A stretch of DNA of 64,000 nucleotides from Ignavibacteriales bacterium CG_4_9_14_3_um_filter_34_10 (GTDB taxonomy: Bacteria; Bacteroidota; Ignavibacteria; Ignavibacteriales; Melioribacteraceae). How positions within the stretch are numbered: position 1 is the stretch's first letter; each line of letters opens with the position of its first letter. Below, one piece after another: positions 51,078 to 63,600 of this stretch. The notes beneath the pieces were generated by a model. It worked only from the letters and a program-made list of their open reading frames with translations, was not told the origin of the DNA and searched no databases. The position numbers and the translations under genes were made by a program. The stretch is from positions 4,321-68,320 of the forward strand of contig PFVB01000185.1 of the NCBI GenBank assembly GCA_002790395.1. The letters run 5' to 3'.

Positions 51078-51698
51078 TTATTTTCTAATTTCAACTATTG
51101 AATTAACAGCACCTGGAACGGCGCCCAAAACAAAAACCAAATTTTTCTCAACATCAATTTTTATGACTTTTGAATTTTTAACGGTAACTTGATTATTGCC
51201 CATACGTCCGGCCATTCTTGTACCTTTATAAACCCGAGATGGATAAGAACTCGCTCCAATTGAACCTGGAGAACGTTGCCTGTTGTGCTGTCCGTGAGTT
51301 TGACCTCCGACACCGCTAAAATTATGACGTTTTACAACTCCCTGAAAACCTTTACCTTTCGAAGTTCCAATAATTTTGACTTTTTCACCTTCAACAAACA
51401 AATCAGCTTTTAATGTATCACCAATTTTTAAGGTGGATAAATCAAAATCAGAAAATTCTTTTAAGACTGCAACAGGAGATAAGTTCTTTTTCTGAAAATT
51501 TCCCATTTCCGGTTTATTTAAATGTTTCTCTTTTTTAGAACCAAAACCAAGCTGAACAGCTTCATAACCGTCTTTTTCTTTAGTTCTAATCTCAACCACA
51601 GGACAAGGTCCTGCTTCAACTATTGTAACAGGAATTACTTTTCCATTAGTGGAGTAAAGATTAGTCATTCCGAGTTTTTTACCTAACAATCCTGGCAT
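51078..51698 (-). CDS. rplC: 50S ribosomal protein L3
   Basis: MPGLLGKKLGMTNLY...GKGFQGVVKRHNFSGVGGQTHGQ. Confidence 0.95.
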   Translation of the reverse strand: MPGLLGKKLGMTNLYSTNGKVIPVTIVEAGPCPVVEIRTKEKDGYEAVQLGFGSKKEKHLNKPEMGNFQKKNLSPVAVLKEFSDFDLSTLKIGDTLKADLFVEGEKVKIIGTSKGKGFQGVVKRHNFSGVGGQTHGQHNRQRSPGSIGASSYPSRVYKGTRMAGRMGNNQVTVKNSKVIKIDVEKNLVFVLGAVPGAVNSIVEIRK

Positions 51699-51708
51699 AT
51701 TAAAATCC

Positions 51709-52017
51709 TTATAACTTTATCTCAATATCAACACCCGCCGGAATTTCAAGCTTACTTAAAGCATCGACGGTTTTATTGTTGGAATTATGAATATCTAAAA
51801 TTCTTTTATGAGATCTTATTTCAAATTGTTCTCTTGATTTTTTATCAACATGCGGAGAGCGAAGCACTGTAAATACTGAACGTCTGGTCGGCAGTGGAAT
51901 AGGTCCCACAACAATAGCACCAGTAGTTTTAACTGTCTTGATAATTTTTTCAGTTGACTTATCAATTAAAATATGATCATATGATTTCAATCTAATTCTA
52001 ATCTTTTGACCAGGCAC
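51709..52017 (-). CDS. rpsJ: 30S ribosomal protein S10
   Basis: [23 protein letters not shown]...[22 protein letters not shown] start with AAGGAGAG SD. Confidence 0.95.
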   Translation of the reverse strand: MPGQKIRIRLKSYDHILIDKSTEKIIKTVKTTGAIVVGPIPLPTRRSVFTVLRSPHVDKKSREQFEIRSHKRILDIHNSNNKTVDALSKLEIPAGVDIEIKL

Positions 52018-52033
52018 TTTTACTCTCCTTAAT

Positions 52034-52068
52034 TAAAAATATATTCCCCGGCAGAATATTCTACCGGG
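52034..52068 (-). terminator. Hairpin plus U-rich tract between tuf and rpsJ (tuf terminator and/or S10-operon leader attenuator)
   Basis: Reverse strand reads CCCGGTAGA-ATAT-TCTGCCGGG (9-bp stem, one G-U pair), followed by GAATATATTTTTAATT. It lies 8 nt after the tuf stop and about 30 nt before the rpsJ GTG. Confidence 0.5.
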
Positions 52069-52075
52069 ATGTAAA

Positions 52076-53281
52076 TTATTCAAAAATCTTTGTTACAACA
52101 CCCGCACCAACAGTTCTGCCACCTTCACGAATAGCGAACCTTAAACCTTCTTCCATAGCAATTTCAGTAATCAAATTAACTTTTAATCTTACATTATCAC
52201 CAGGCATAACCATTTCTGTACCTTCAGGCAATTCTGCAATACCGGTTACGTCAGTTGTCCTGAAATAGAACTGAGGTCTGTAACCAGCGAAGAATGGAGT
52301 ATGACGACCACCCTCTTCTTTTGACAGGATATAAACTTCTCCTTCAAAAACTTTATGAGGAGTAATACTGCCTGTTTTTGCAAGAACCATTCCTCTCATA
52401 ATCTCTTTTTTATCGATACCACGTAATAAAATGCCTGCATTATCACCAGCCATAGCTGAATCTAATTCTTTACGAAACATTTCAATACCGGTAACAACTG
52501 TTTTCTTATGAACACCAAGACCGATCAATTCAACTTCTTCCTGAATTTTAACCTGACCTCTTTCAACTCTACCTGTAGCAACAGTTCCTCGTCCAGTAAT
52601 TGAGAAAATATCTTCAACCGGCATTAAGAATGGTTTATCAATTGCACGATCAGGCAATGGAATATAATCATCAACAGCCTGCATGAGTTCCCAGATACAA
52701 TCATATCTTTCATCACTTGGATCAGCATCAGATGTACCGGCTTCCAAAGCTTTGAGGGCAGAGCCACGAATAATAGGAATTTCATCGCCAGGGAATTCAT
52801 ATTTGCTAAGCAATTCTCTTAATTCCATTTCAACTAAGTCTAACAATTCAGGGTCATCAACTGCGTCAACTTTATTCATGAAAACAACAATCTTAGGCAC
52901 ACCAACTTGTCTAGCCAAAAGAATGTGTTCACGTGTTTGAGGCATTGGACCATCTGTAGCAGCAACAACAAGAATAGCTCCATCCATTTGTGCGGCACCA
53001 GTAATCATGTTTTTAACGTAATCAGCGTGACCGGGACAGTCAACGTGAGCATAATGTCTATTTGCTGTCGAATATTCAACGTGTGCAGTTGCAATTGTAA
53101 TACCTCGCTCTCTTTCTTCCGGTGCATTATCAATACTATCGAAAGATCTAATTTGAGATAAACCTTTTTTCGCAAGAGCCATTGTTATAGCGGCAGTAAG
53201 AGTAGTTTTCCCATGGTCTACGTGACCAATAGTTCCAACGTTAACGTGTGGCTTACTACGATCAAATTTTTCTTTTGCCAT
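52076..53281 (-). CDS. tuf: Elongation factor Tu
   Basis: 401 aa: [45 protein letters not shown]. Confidence 0.97.
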   Translation of the reverse strand: MAKEKFDRSKPHVNVGTIGHVDHGKTTLTAAITMALAKKGLSQIRSFDSIDNAPEERERGITIATAHVEYSTANRHYAHVDCPGHADYVKNMITGAAQMDGAILVVAATDGPMPQTREHILLARQVGVPKIVVFMNKVDAVDDPELLDLVEMELRELLSKYEFPGDEIPIIRGSALKALEAGTSDADPSDERYDCIWELMQAVDDYIPLPDRAIDKPFLMPVEDIFSITGRGTVATGRVERGQVKIQEEVELIGLGVHKKTVVTGIEMFRKELDSAMAGDNAGILLRGIDKKEIMRGMVLAKTGSITPHKVFEGEVYILSKEEGGRHTPFFAGYRPQFYFRTTDVTGIAELPEGTEMVMPGDNVRLKVNLITEIAMEEGLRFAIREGGRTVGAGVVTKIFE

Positions 53282-53310
53282 CTAATACTCCTTAATGTAA
53301 TAGTTATAAA

Positions 53311-55413
53311 TTATATTGTTTGCTTGTCTTGATTATTTGAAGATTTTTCAGCAATCTTTTCCGCAATTGCTTTCGGTACTTGATTATATTTTGAAAACTG
53401 CATCGTATAAATCGCTCTACCTTGTGTCATTGATCTTAAAGTCGTAGCATAACCAAACATTTCTGATAGTGGTACTGAGCCACGAATAACCTGTGCATCG
53501 CGTCTTGCTGTAAAACCTTCTATTTTTCCCCTGCGTGAGTTAAGGTCTCCCATAACATCACCCATATATTCTTCCGGGGTAATAATTTCTATACTCATAA
53601 TTGGTTCAAGAATTGCGGGATTGGCTTTTCTTGCACCTTCCTTAAAAGCAATCGAGCCGGCAACTTTGAATGAAATCTCATCTGAGTCAACATCATGATA
53701 AGAACCATCAAACAATTTAGCCTTAATATCAACAACTTGGTAACCAGCTAAAACACCATTTCTCATTGCTTCCTGAATTCCATTTGAAACCGGAGTAATA
53801 TATTCTTTTGGCACCACTCCGCCAACAATCGCATTTACAAACTCAAAACCTTTCCCCGGTTCATTTGGTGAAAGTTCAATCCAAACATGACCGTATTTTC
53901 CTCTTCCACCGGATTGTTTAACAAATTTTCCTTCTGCTTCAACTGTTTTTGTGATTGTTTCTCTATAAGCTACCTGAGGTTTACCGACATTAGCTTCAAC
54001 TTTGAATTCACGCTTCATCCTATCAACCAAAATCTCAAGATGAAGTTCACCCATACCCGAAATCAATGTCTGTCCGGTTTCATCATCAACAGTTACTCTA
54101 AAAGTAGGGTCCTCATCCTGCAATTTAGTTAAAGCATCCGATAATTTATCCTGATCCGCTTTGGTTTTAGGTTCAATTGCAATCTGAATAACTGGTTCAG
54201 GGAAAGCCATTTTTTCCAAAACAACAGGATCATTTTCTGTACATAAAGTATCACCGGTTCGAGTATGCTTTAATCCAACAATTGCAGCTATATCTCCCAC
54301 CCTAACCACATCTAAATCTTCTCTCCTATTGGCATGCATCAACAAAATTCTACCAACTCTTTCTTTTTTGTCGGATATAGAGTTGTGAATGTATGAACCT
54401 GCTTCCAATGTTCCATTATAAACTCTGATATAAGTCAATTTTCCAACAAATGGGTCAGTCATAATTTTAAATGCTAATGCAGTAAATTTTTCTTTTTCGT
54501 CAATTTTTCTTTCAACAAGATCATTTTTATAGGGATGATGAGCAATCATATTTCCCGAATCGAGCGGAGAAGGTAAAAATTCAATCACTGAATCGAGAAG
54601 TTTTTGAACCCCTTTATTCTTAAATGAAGAACCACATAAAACCGGAGTAATTTTCAATTGAATAGTCGCTTCACGAATTACTCTTGTAATTTCCTCTGCA
54701 GAAATTTCAATTCCATCAAGATATTTTTCGAGTAAAGTATCATCAACTTCACTAACGGCTTCTAACATTACTGTTCTATATTTTTTAGCATAAGGAAGCA
54801 AATCATGCGGTACATCAATATCCTCAAATTCTGCACCTGTAGGATCATCATTATACATTCTTGCTTTCATTGTGATAAGATCAATAATGCCTGAGAAAAT
54901 GTCACCTTCACCAATTGGAAGCGTAATAGGAACGGCATTGGCTTTGAGTCTGTCTTTCATCATCTGAATTGCATTGAAATAATCAGCGCCAATTCTATCC
55001 ATTTTATTTACAAAAGCAATACGAGGTACTTTATATTTATCAGCTTGACGCCAAACAGTTTCAGATTGAGGTTCAACACCACCAACCGCACAAAATAAAG
55101 CTATTGCACCGTCTAAAACTCTTAAAGACCTTTCTACTTCAACAGTAAAATCAACGTGACCCGGAGTATCAATAATATTTATTTGATTATTTTTCCAATA
55201 ACAAGTAGTAGCTGCCGAAGTTATCGTAATCCCACGCTCTTTTTCCTGTTCCATCCAATCCATTGTTGCTGCACCGTCATGAACTTCACCCATACGATGA
55301 AGTTTACCGGTGTAAAACAAGATACGTTCTGTTGTAGTTGTTTTACCGGCATCAATATGTGCCATAATTCCAATGTTTCTAACTTTCGATATTTCTACTC
55401 TTGCCAAACTCAA
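53311..55413 (-). CDS. fusA: Elongation factor G
   Basis: 700 aa: [38 protein letters not shown]. Confidence 0.97.
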   Translation of the reverse strand: MSLARVEISKVRNIGIMAHIDAGKTTTTERILFYTGKLHRMGEVHDGAATMDWMEQEKERGITITSAATTCYWKNNQINIIDTPGHVDFTVEVERSLRVLDGAIALFCAVGGVEPQSETVWRQADKYKVPRIAFVNKMDRIGADYFNAIQMMKDRLKANAVPITLPIGEGDIFSGIIDLITMKARMYNDDPTGAEFEDIDVPHDLLPYAKKYRTVMLEAVSEVDDTLLEKYLDGIEISAEEITRVIREATIQLKITPVLCGSSFKNKGVQKLLDSVIEFLPSPLDSGNMIAHHPYKNDLVERKIDEKEKFTALAFKIMTDPFVGKLTYIRVYNGTLEAGSYIHNSISDKKERVGRILLMHANRREDLDVVRVGDIAAIVGLKHTRTGDTLCTENDPVVLEKMAFPEPVIQIAIEPKTKADQDKLSDALTKLQDEDPTFRVTVDDETGQTLISGMGELHLEILVDRMKREFKVEANVGKPQVAYRETITKTVEAEGKFVKQSGGRGKYGHVWIELSPNEPGKGFEFVNAIVGGVVPKEYITPVSNGIQEAMRNGVLAGYQVVDIKAKLFDGSYHDVDSDEISFKVAGSIAFKEGARKANPAILEPIMSIEIITPEEYMGDVMGDLNSRRGKIEGFTARRDAQVIRGSVPLSEMFGYATTLRSMTQGRAIYTMQFSKYNQVPKAIAEKIAEKSSNNQDKQTI

Positions 55414-55423
55414 CTAACTTTCC

Positions 55424-55891
55424 TTACCATTTAAAGTGTGCAAATGCTTTATTGGCTTCCGCCATTCTGTGTGTATCATCTTTTTTCTTAACTGCATTGC
55501 CTTCATTATTAGAAGCAGCAATAATTTCTGCAGCAAGCTTAAGAGCCATAGATTTGTCTTTACGATCTCTTGAATAATTCTTTAACCATCTGATTCCAAG
55601 GGCAATTCGTCTTTCAGGTCTAACTTCCATCGGAACCTGATAAGTAGCTCCACCCACTCTGCGGCTTCTAACTTCAACTAATGGTTGAACATTCGTCAAA
55701 GCTTTCTTAAAGACTTCAATAGCAGGCTTCTTGGTTCTTTGTTCAATAATGTCAAAGCATTCATAAACAACTCCACGCATTGTGGATTTTTCACCACTCC
55801 ACATCAAGTTATTGACAAATTTAGCAACGACGACATCATTATATTTTGGATCAGGTTTAATATACCTTTTTTCGGCTCTTTTCTTTCTCAT
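55424..55891 (-). CDS. rpsG: 30S ribosomal protein S7
   Basis: 155 aa: [24 protein letters not shown]...NKAFAHFKW. Confidence 0.95.
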   Translation of the reverse strand: MRKKRAEKRYIKPDPKYNDVVVAKFVNNLMWSGEKSTMRGVVYECFDIIEQRTKKPAIEVFKKALTNVQPLVEVRSRRVGGATYQVPMEVRPERRIALGIRWLKNYSRDRKDKSMALKLAAEIIAASNNEGNAVKKKDDTHRMAEANKAFAHFKW

Positions 55892-55901
55892 ATCTTAATT
55901 C

Positions 55902-56276
55902 TTATTTTTTAGGTTTTTTAGCACCATATTTTGATCTTGATTTTTTTCTATCTTCAACTCCGCTGGTATCTAAAGTTCCACGAATTATGTGGTACCTAAC
56001 ACCAGGTAAATCTTTAACTCTTCCACCTCTGATCAATACGATGGAGTGTTCTTGTAAATTGTGACCTTCACCGGGAATATAAGCTGTAACTTCAATTCCG
56101 TTTGATAATCTTACACGAGCAATTTTTCTTAAGGCAGAATTAGGCTTCTTTGGTGTTGTAGTGTAAACTCTTGTACAAACACCTCTTTTTTGAGGACAAG
56201 CATCCAAAGCCGGAGCTTTGTTTTTTGAGATTACAGCTTGTCTACCTTTTCTAACCAACTGATTTATTGTTGGCAC
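55902..56276 (-). CDS. rpsL: 30S ribosomal protein S12
   Basis: [12 protein letters not shown]...[11 protein letters not shown]...[19 protein letters not shown] start with GGAGG SD. Confidence 0.95.
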   Translation of the reverse strand: MPTINQLVRKGRQAVISKNKAPALDACPQKRGVCTRVYTTTPKKPNSALRKIARVRLSNGIEVTAYIPGEGHNLQEHSIVLIRGGRVKDLPGVRYHIIRGTLDTSGVEDRKKSRSKYGAKKPKK

Positions 56277-56324
56277 TAAACTTCCTCCAAAAATTTTATA
56301 ATATCTTTAAAAATTCAGACTTTC

Positions 56325-56353
56325 AATATAGAATTAATATTAATTTTTGTCAA
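56325..56353 (-). promoter_or_regulatory. Sigma-70-type promoter of the str operon (TTGACA-17-TATATT)
   Basis: Reverse strand reads TTGACA, then aaaattaatattaattc (17 nt), then TATATT. It lies in the 109-nt rpoC-rpsL gap, about 45 nt upstream of the rpsL GTG. Confidence 0.55.
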
Positions 56354-56385
56354 GCTAAGAGCGTTGAAAAATAACAATTTTTCTA

Positions 56386-59300
56386 TCATTCTGTCTCTTT
56401 TACTGCTTCTACATTTTCATTCTGGTTAATTAAATTTTCTTCCAATTCGGAATCGAGAATTATTTTTTCATACTTTTTCAAACCTGTACCGGCTGGAATC
56501 AAGTGTCCCATGACAACATTCTCTTTTAATCCATGCAAAAAGTCTGTTTTTGCTTCGATAGCGGCATTTGTTAATACTTTTGTTGTTTCCTGGAAAGAAG
56601 CAGCAGAAATAAAACTCTCAGTAGATAATGCGGCTTGTGTGATTCCTAATAGTCTATTATTAAACGTAGCCGGCTGAGCTTCACGGAATTCAATTTCCAC
56701 TTTATTCTTTTTAGCTAATTCAGCATTAATTTCTTTAATCTTTGTTTTTGAAATTAATTGTCCAATCGAATATTTTGACTGCCCGGGATCTAAGACGTAA
56801 ACCATACCGTTAATTCTTTCATTCTCTTCAACAACTTTCTGTCTATCAACATAATCATCTTCAATGAATTGTGTATCGCCTGAATTGATGATTTGCAATT
56901 TTTGCAACATTTGTCTTACGATCACTTCGATGTGTTTATCATTAATTCTAACACCCTGCAAACGATAAACATCCTGGATTTCATTTACCAAATATTCCTG
57001 AACTGCATTTGGACCTTTAATTTTCAATATATCGTGCGGGTCTGTTGCTCCATCGGTAATTTTTTCACCGGCAGGAATTTCATCACCTTCCTGAACTAAA
57101 ATATGTTTACCGTAAGGCACTGCGTAAACCTTCTGATCAACTTTATCCAAAGATTCAACAATAATTTCTCTTGAACCTTTTTTCTTAGCACCAAATTTAA
57201 CCGTACCTTCAATTTCAGAAATAACGCCAGGATCATGAGGGCTTCGCGCTTCGAATAACTCAGTTACACGAGGAAGACCACCAGTAATATCCCTGCTTTT
57301 TGCAGCTTGCCTTGAAATTTTTGCAAGCACTGTTCCCTGTTGAACCGTTTCCCCTTCTTCAACAGATAAATACGCTCTGATAGGAAGGTTAAAACTCTTT
57401 TCAGCACCTTTTTCATTTCTAATTACGATGCTAGGAGTACGATTTTTATCTTTGGATTCAATAATAACTTTCTGAACGTGTCCAGTTTGCTCGTCGGCAA
57501 TTTGCTGATAAGTAACATTCTCGACTAAATCAACGAAATAAACAGAACCGGCGATATCTGTAATAATCAATGCATTATAAGGATCATGATTGTAAATAGG
57601 TTGTCCTTTTTTCACCTTTTGATTATCTGATACAAGTAATTCAGAACCATAAGGGATATCGAATTTCTTCAATTGGCGATCATCATCATCAAAAATACCA
57701 ACAGAACCACGTCTGCCTGTAACAACTTTAACTTTCCCGAAGAAATCTGTTTTCTCAACGAAATTCAATTTATCAAATTTAATTTTTCCTTCAATACTGG
57801 ATTCTACCTGGGATTGACTTGCAATACGTGAAGATGTTCCACCTAAGTGGAAAGTTCTTAATGTAAGCTGAGTTCCCGGCTCACCAATTGATTGAGCTGC
57901 AACAATTCCCACTGCTTCACCAATTTCAACCTGCTTACCGGTAGTTAAATTTCTACCATAACAATTGGCACAAACACCTCTTTTTGACTCACAGGTTAAA
58001 ACTGTTCTTATATAAACCGAATCAATCATTGCATCGTCAATTCTTTCAGCTTTTTCTTCAGTAATTATTTCACCTGCTTCAGCGATTAACTCATCATTTT
58101 TAGGGTCATAAATATCTTCTTGAGCAACACGTCCAATAATTCTTTCTGCAAGCGGTTCCCTTTCGAGTTCTGCATCTTTCAGAGCAGTAATATAAACACC
58201 TCTGATAGTTCCGCAATCTTTTTCAGTAATAATGACATCCTGAGCAACATCTGTCAATCTTCTGGTCAAATAACCCGCATCAGCAGTTTTCAAAGCAGTA
58301 TCAGCCAAACCTTTTCTCGCTCCGTGAGTTGAAATAAAATACTCAAGAACTGACAAACCTTCTTTAAAGTTAGCTATAATTGGGTTTTCAATAATTTCAC
58401 CTGATTGACCGGTTAAAGTTTTTTGAGGTTTCATCATCAAACCACGCATACCTGCCAACTGTCTTACTTGCTCTGCCGAACCTCGAGCACCTGAATCAAC
58501 CATCATATGCAAAGGATTGAATCCACCCTGATCGGATCTGATTTTATCCATCAAAGTTTTAGCAACGTTATTTGTAGTAAACGTCCAAACATCAATAATT
58601 TTATTGTATCGCTCAGCATCTGTAATCAAACCCTGTTCAAACTCATTCATAATTCCGGCAACATTTTTATTTGATTCCGTTACAATTTTTGCTTTTTCAT
58701 CGGGAATCAACATATCGCTGAAACTAATTGAAATACCGGCGGCAGTGGCGTATCTGTAACCCAAGTCCTTTAAATTATCAAGGAATTTTGCAGTTACTTC
58801 ATTACCTAATTTTATAAACATTTTGTAAATAAAACCACTGAAGATTTTCTTTATTAACAATTCATTGAAGAATCCCATTTCTTTAGGAACAATTTTATTG
58901 AAAATTACCCTGCCGACAGTTGTATCAATGAACTTATCATCTATTTTTAATTTAATTTTTGTGTGCAATTCGACAACTTTATTATCATAGGCAATGACAA
59001 CTTCATCAAAATCACTGAAGTACATTCCTTCGCCTTTGGCACCAGATTTACTTTTTGTAAGATAATAACAGCCTAAAACGATATCCTGAGTCGGAACAAC
59101 AATCGGGCTTCCGTTTTGCGGAGAAAGAATGTTATGACTTGAAAGCATCAACAAAGAAGCTTCCAATTGAGCTTCCCAAGAAAGCGGTACGTGAACAGCC
59201 ATCTGGTCACCGTCAAAGTCAGCATTGAATGCAGTACAAACCATAGGATGCAACTGAATAGCTTTTCCGTCAATCAATATTGGCTGAAAAGCCTGGATAC

Positions 59301-60630
59301 CAAGCCTATGTAAAGTTGGGGCTCTATTAAGCATTACAGGATGTCCTTCAATCAATTTTTCAAGAATATCCCAAATTATCGGTTCTTTTCTGTCAACTGC
59401 TTTACGTGCACTTTTAACAGTTTTAAAAACACCTCTTTCGATAAGTTTTCGTATCACAAAAGGTTTAAATAACTCAACTGCCATATCTTTAGGAAGACCG
59501 CATTGATGCAACTTTAATTCAGGACCAACGACAATTACCGAACGTCCGGAATAATCAACTCTTTTCCCCAAAAGATTTTGTCTGAACCGACCCTGCTTTC
59601 CTTTAAGCATATCAGACAGAGATTTTAAAGGTCTGTTTCCGTCACTTCGTACGGCACTAGCCCTTCTTGAGTTATCGAATAAAGCATCAACAGATTCCTG
59701 AAGCATTCTTTTTTCATTTCGAAGAATAACCTCGGGAGCTTTAATGTCTATCAATCTGCGAAGTCGATTATTTCTGATAATAACTCTTCTGTACAAATCA
59801 TTCAAGTCAGAAGTAGCAAATCGCCCACCTTCAAGAGGAACGAGAGGTCTTAATTCAGGAGGAATAACCGGTATTACACCAAAGACCATCCACTCCGGTT
59901 TATTAGGTACCTTACCTTCTTTTTCTCTGAAAGCTTCTAAAACTCTCAATCTTTTGATTGTATCAGTACGTCTTTGCTGAGAAGTTTCAACTTCAAGCTG
60001 AGCTTTTAATTCATGGAAGAGTTGCTCAACGTCAATACTTTTAAGTAGTTCCCTTACTCCATCGCCACCGATCTTAGCTAAAAATTTCTTAGGATCATTA
60101 TTATCAAGGGCATCATTATCATGTGGAAGCGAACTTACAATTTCAAAATATTGATCTTCTGATATCAAATCTTTTTTATTTAAGCCGGTAATACCCGGAT
60201 TTAACACAACATAGGATTCATAATAAATAACTTTTTCAAGTTCTTTTGTAGTCATTCCGATTATGTTACCGATTTTTGACGGAAGAGCTTTAAAAAACCA
60301 AATATGAACGATTGGAACAGCAAGTTGAATATGTCCCATTCTTTCGCGGCGAACACTTTTTTGTGTTACTTCAACTCCGCAGCGATCGCAAACAATTCCT
60401 TTGTACCGAATCCCTTTGTATTTTCCACATGCACATTCCCAGTCTTTAACCGGGCCAAATATTTTTTCGCAAAACAACCCGTCTTTCTCGGGTCTGAAAG
60501 ATCTATAATTAATAGTTTCAGGCTTTGTAACTTCACCCCGCGACCTTGATAAAATAGCATCGGGACTTGCCAAACTTATTGTCAATTTTTCTATTTCTTT
60601 GATAGTTTTTTCTTGAGTTTTTAACCTCAT
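56386..60630 (-). CDS. rpoC: DNA-directed RNA polymerase subunit beta'
   Basis: 1414 aa. Zn-binding [23 protein letters not shown] and the catalytic motif [12 protein letters not shown]. Confidence 0.97.
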   Translation of the reverse strand: MRLKTQEKTIKEIEKLTISLASPDAILSRSRGEVTKPETINYRSFRPEKDGLFCEKIFGPVKDWECACGKYKGIRYKGIVCDRCGVEVTQKSVRRERMGHIQLAVPIVHIWFFKALPSKIGNIIGMTTKELEKVIYYESYVVLNPGITGLNKKDLISEDQYFEIVSSLPHDNDALDNNDPKKFLAKIGGDGVRELLKSIDVEQLFHELKAQLEVETSQQRRTDTIKRLRVLEAFREKEGKVPNKPEWMVFGVIPVIPPELRPLVPLEGGRFATSDLNDLYRRVIIRNNRLRRLIDIKAPEVILRNEKRMLQESVDALFDNSRRASAVRSDGNRPLKSLSDMLKGKQGRFRQNLLGKRVDYSGRSVIVVGPELKLHQCGLPKDMAVELFKPFVIRKLIERGVFKTVKSARKAVDRKEPIIWDILEKLIEGHPVMLNRAPTLHRLGIQAFQPILIDGKAIQLHPMVCTAFNADFDGDQMAVHVPLSWEAQLEASLLMLSSHNILSPQNGSPIVVPTQDIVLGCYYLTKSKSGAKGEGMYFSDFDEVVIAYDNKVVELHTKIKLKIDDKFIDTTVGRVIFNKIVPKEMGFFNELLIKKIFSGFIYKMFIKLGNEVTAKFLDNLKDLGYRYATAAGISISFSDMLIPDEKAKIVTESNKNVAGIMNEFEQGLITDAERYNKIIDVWTFTTNNVAKTLMDKIRSDQGGFNPLHMMVDSGARGSAEQVRQLAGMRGLMMKPQKTLTGQSGEIIENPIIANFKEGLSVLEYFISTHGARKGLADTALKTADAGYLTRRLTDVAQDVIITEKDCGTIRGVYITALKDAELEREPLAERIIGRVAQEDIYDPKNDELIAEAGEIITEEKAERIDDAMIDSVYIRTVLTCESKRGVCANCYGRNLTTGKQVEIGEAVGIVAAQSIGEPGTQLTLRTFHLGGTSSRIASQSQVESSIEGKIKFDKLNFVEKTDFFGKVKVVTGRRGSVGIFDDDDRQLKKFDIPYGSELLVSDNQKVKKGQPIYNHDPYNALIITDIAGSVYFVDLVENVTYQQIADEQTGHVQKVIIESKDKNRTPSIVIRNEKGAEKSFNLPIRAYLSVEEGETVQQGTVLAKISRQAAKSRDITGGLPRVTELFEARSPHDPGVISEIEGTVKFGAKKKGSREIIVESLDKVDQKVYAVPYGKHILVQEGDEIPAGEKITDGATDPHDILKIKGPNAVQEYLVNEIQDVYRLQGVRINDKHIEVIVRQMLQKLQIINSGDTQFIEDDYVDRQKVVEENERINGMVYVLDPGQSKYSIGQLISKTKIKEINAELAKKNKVEIEFREAQPATFNNRLLGITQAALSTESFISAASFQETTKVLTNAAIEAKTDFLHGLKENVVMGHLIPAGTGLKKYEKIILDSELEENLINQNENVEAVKETE

Positions 60631-60664
60631 GATTATCTCCTTAAAGAAGTTTAATTTAGATAAA

Positions 60665-63600
60665 CTAATTAACTTTTAAATCTAGTCCCAATCCTTGCAA
60701 TTCTTTAATCATTACATTGAAAGCTTCTGGAACACCAGGCTTTGGAACGTTTTCACCTTTGACAATTGCTTCATAAGTTTTAGCTCTGCCAATTACATCA
60801 TCACTTTTAACAGTTAAAACCTCCTGCAAGATATGAGATGCACCATAACCTTCCAGCGCCCAAACTTCCATTTCACCAAATCTTTGCCCACCAAACTGAG
60901 CCTTTCCACCAAGCGGTTGTTGTGTAATTAAGGAGTATGGTCCAATTGATCGGGCATGAATCTTATCTTCAACCATATGTCCAAGCTTCATCATATAAAT
61001 ATAACCGCATGTAACTTTCTGATGGAATTTTTCGCCTGATCGTCCATCTACCAAATTAATTTTACTACCGGTAGGTAAGGAAGCCTTAGCCAGCCATTCC
61101 TCTACATTCTCGACTTTAGCTCCATCAAAAATCGGTGTTTCAAATTTAACACCTAATTGATTTCCAACCCATCCAAGAGCAGTTTCATATAATTGTCCAA
61201 GATTCATACGGGAAGGTACACCAAGTGGATTTAGAATAATATCAACCGGAGTTCCATCTTCCAAATGAGGCATATCTTCGAGAGGAACAATTTTAGCGAC
61301 AACACCTTTATTTCCGTGACGGCCTGCCATTTTATCACCAACGTTAACTTTTCGTTTTTTAGCTATATAAACTTTTGCCAACTGGACAATTCCCGGAGGC
61401 AGCTCATCGCCACTCTGTATTTTCAATTTTTCTCTTTTATTCTCTTCCTCAATATCAGCCAAAACATCAAAATAACTTACAAACAAGGCTTTAATCATAT
61501 CATTAGTAGGTTTTTGACTAAACCAATCCTGGGTATAATCCAACTTAGTTAAGTCTGAGATTCCTGCAAAAGTAGAATCTTTAATCGCAGCACCACTTCT
61601 TAACATCAAAGTTCCATCAAGATCTCTGATTCCGGTAGTGGTTTTGCCTTCGCAGATAAGTGTAAGTTTATCTACAAGTTTCTTATAATGATTCTTCTTT
61701 CTGTTTTCAATTGATTTTTCTAACTGATCAAGTTCTTTCTTTTCAATTCTCTTTGCTTCAGGATCTTTTTTCTTTCTGCTGAATAATCTTGTTTTAATTA
61801 CAGTTCCTTTTAATCCCGGAGGTGCCTTTAAAGAAGCATCTTTAACGTCACCGGCTTTATCTCCAAAGATTGCTTTGAGCAATTTTTCTTCCGGAGTCGG
61901 ATCAGATTCACCTTTCGGAGTGATTTTTCCAATCAGGATATCACCCTCTTTAACTTCGGCTCCTTCCATGATAATTCCGTTTTCATCCAAATACTTTGTA
62001 GCTTCTTCTGAAATGTTTGGAATATCACGGGTTAATTCTTCTTCACCGCGTTTTGTTTCTCTTACCTGTAATTCAAATTCTTCAATATGAATCGATGTAA
62101 AAACATCATTTGCAACAATCTTTTCGGAAAGAATAATAGCATCCTCAAAATTATAGCCTCTCCATGGCATGAATGCAACAAGCACATTTTTGCCAAGAGC
62201 CAATTCACCATTTTCAATTGCAGGTCCATCGGCAATCACCTGACCTTTTTTAATGGTTTGTCCGGTTGCAACTCTTACTTTTTGATTAAAACAAGTCTCC
62301 TGATTAGTACCGGAGAACTTAGTCAAATCATATTGAACTCTTTTTTCATCATCAAAAGATGTAAGTGATTCAAAACTTTTTGAATCAGTAATATATTTTA
62401 CAATAACTTTTTTAGCATCAGAGAATTCAACAACTCCATCATTTTCAGCAAGGATCATAGTTCGAGAATCATGAGCAGCTTTATATTCCATTCCTGTTCC
62501 CACGGTTGGGGCTTGAGGAACTAAAAGTGGAACTGCCTGTCTCTGCATGTTTGAACCCATTAAAGCACGGTTAGCATCATCATGTTCAAGGAAAGGAATA
62601 AGTGACGCAGCAACGCTAACAATCTGGGATGGAGCAACATCCATATAATGAACCTGAGATGGTGGAACCACCGGAAATTCACCACGATGCCTTGATTTTA
62701 CTCTGTCTCTGATAAATTTACCCTGCTCATCCAAAGGTGCATTTGCCTGAGCTATTGTGAATGCATCTTCTTGATCGGCGTTCAAATAATCAACATGTTT
62801 CGAAACTTTGCCATCATGAACTCTTCTATATGGAGTTTCGAGGAAACCATATTTATTAACTTTAGCAAAAATAGTCAATGAAGAAATCAAACCGATATTG
62901 GGACCTTCGGGAGTTTCAATGGGGCAAAGTCTGCCATAATGCGAATGGTGAACGTCACGCACTTCGAATCCGGCTCTTTCACGGGTTAATCCACCCGGTC
63001 CAAGAGCAGAAACACGGCGTTTATGAGTTAATTCAGCCAGTGGATTGGTTTGATCCATAAATTGCGATAGCTGGTTAGTACCAAAAAATGAATTAATAAC
63101 ACTTGAAATTGTACGCGCATTTACCAAATCCTGAGGCTGCAGATTTTCCTGGTCCCGAACATTCAACCTTTCTTTTATAGTACGAGCCATTCTTGCAAGA
63201 CCAATATTATATTGCTGCTGTAATTGTTCTCCGACAGTTCTGACTCTTCTATTGCCTAAATGGTCGATATCATCAATAGGAATTTCACCGGCTCTTAATT
63301 TAATAATGTCACGAATGATTGCAACAATATCTTCGACCGTTAAAACTTTAGTTTCTTTCGGGATATCTAATTTCAATTTATCATTCATTCTGAATCTGCC
63401 GACTTCACCCAAATCGTATCTTTTTTCATCAAAGAACAATTTATCAATTAACGATTTGGCAGCTTCCAAATCAGGAGCTTCACCGGTTCTTAATTGACGA
63501 TAAATAGAGAAAAGAGCTTCTTCTTTACTTTTAGAAATATCTTTTTTAAGTGTATTTATAATTAAATTCTCTTCCAAATTTGTAGAAGGAACGAATAATT

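Noticed and set aside
56386-56420. GAAAAAT/ATTTTTC inverted repeat just after rpoC as a terminator
   Set aside because: The 7-bp stem is all A/T and has no following U-tract, so it is too weak to call.
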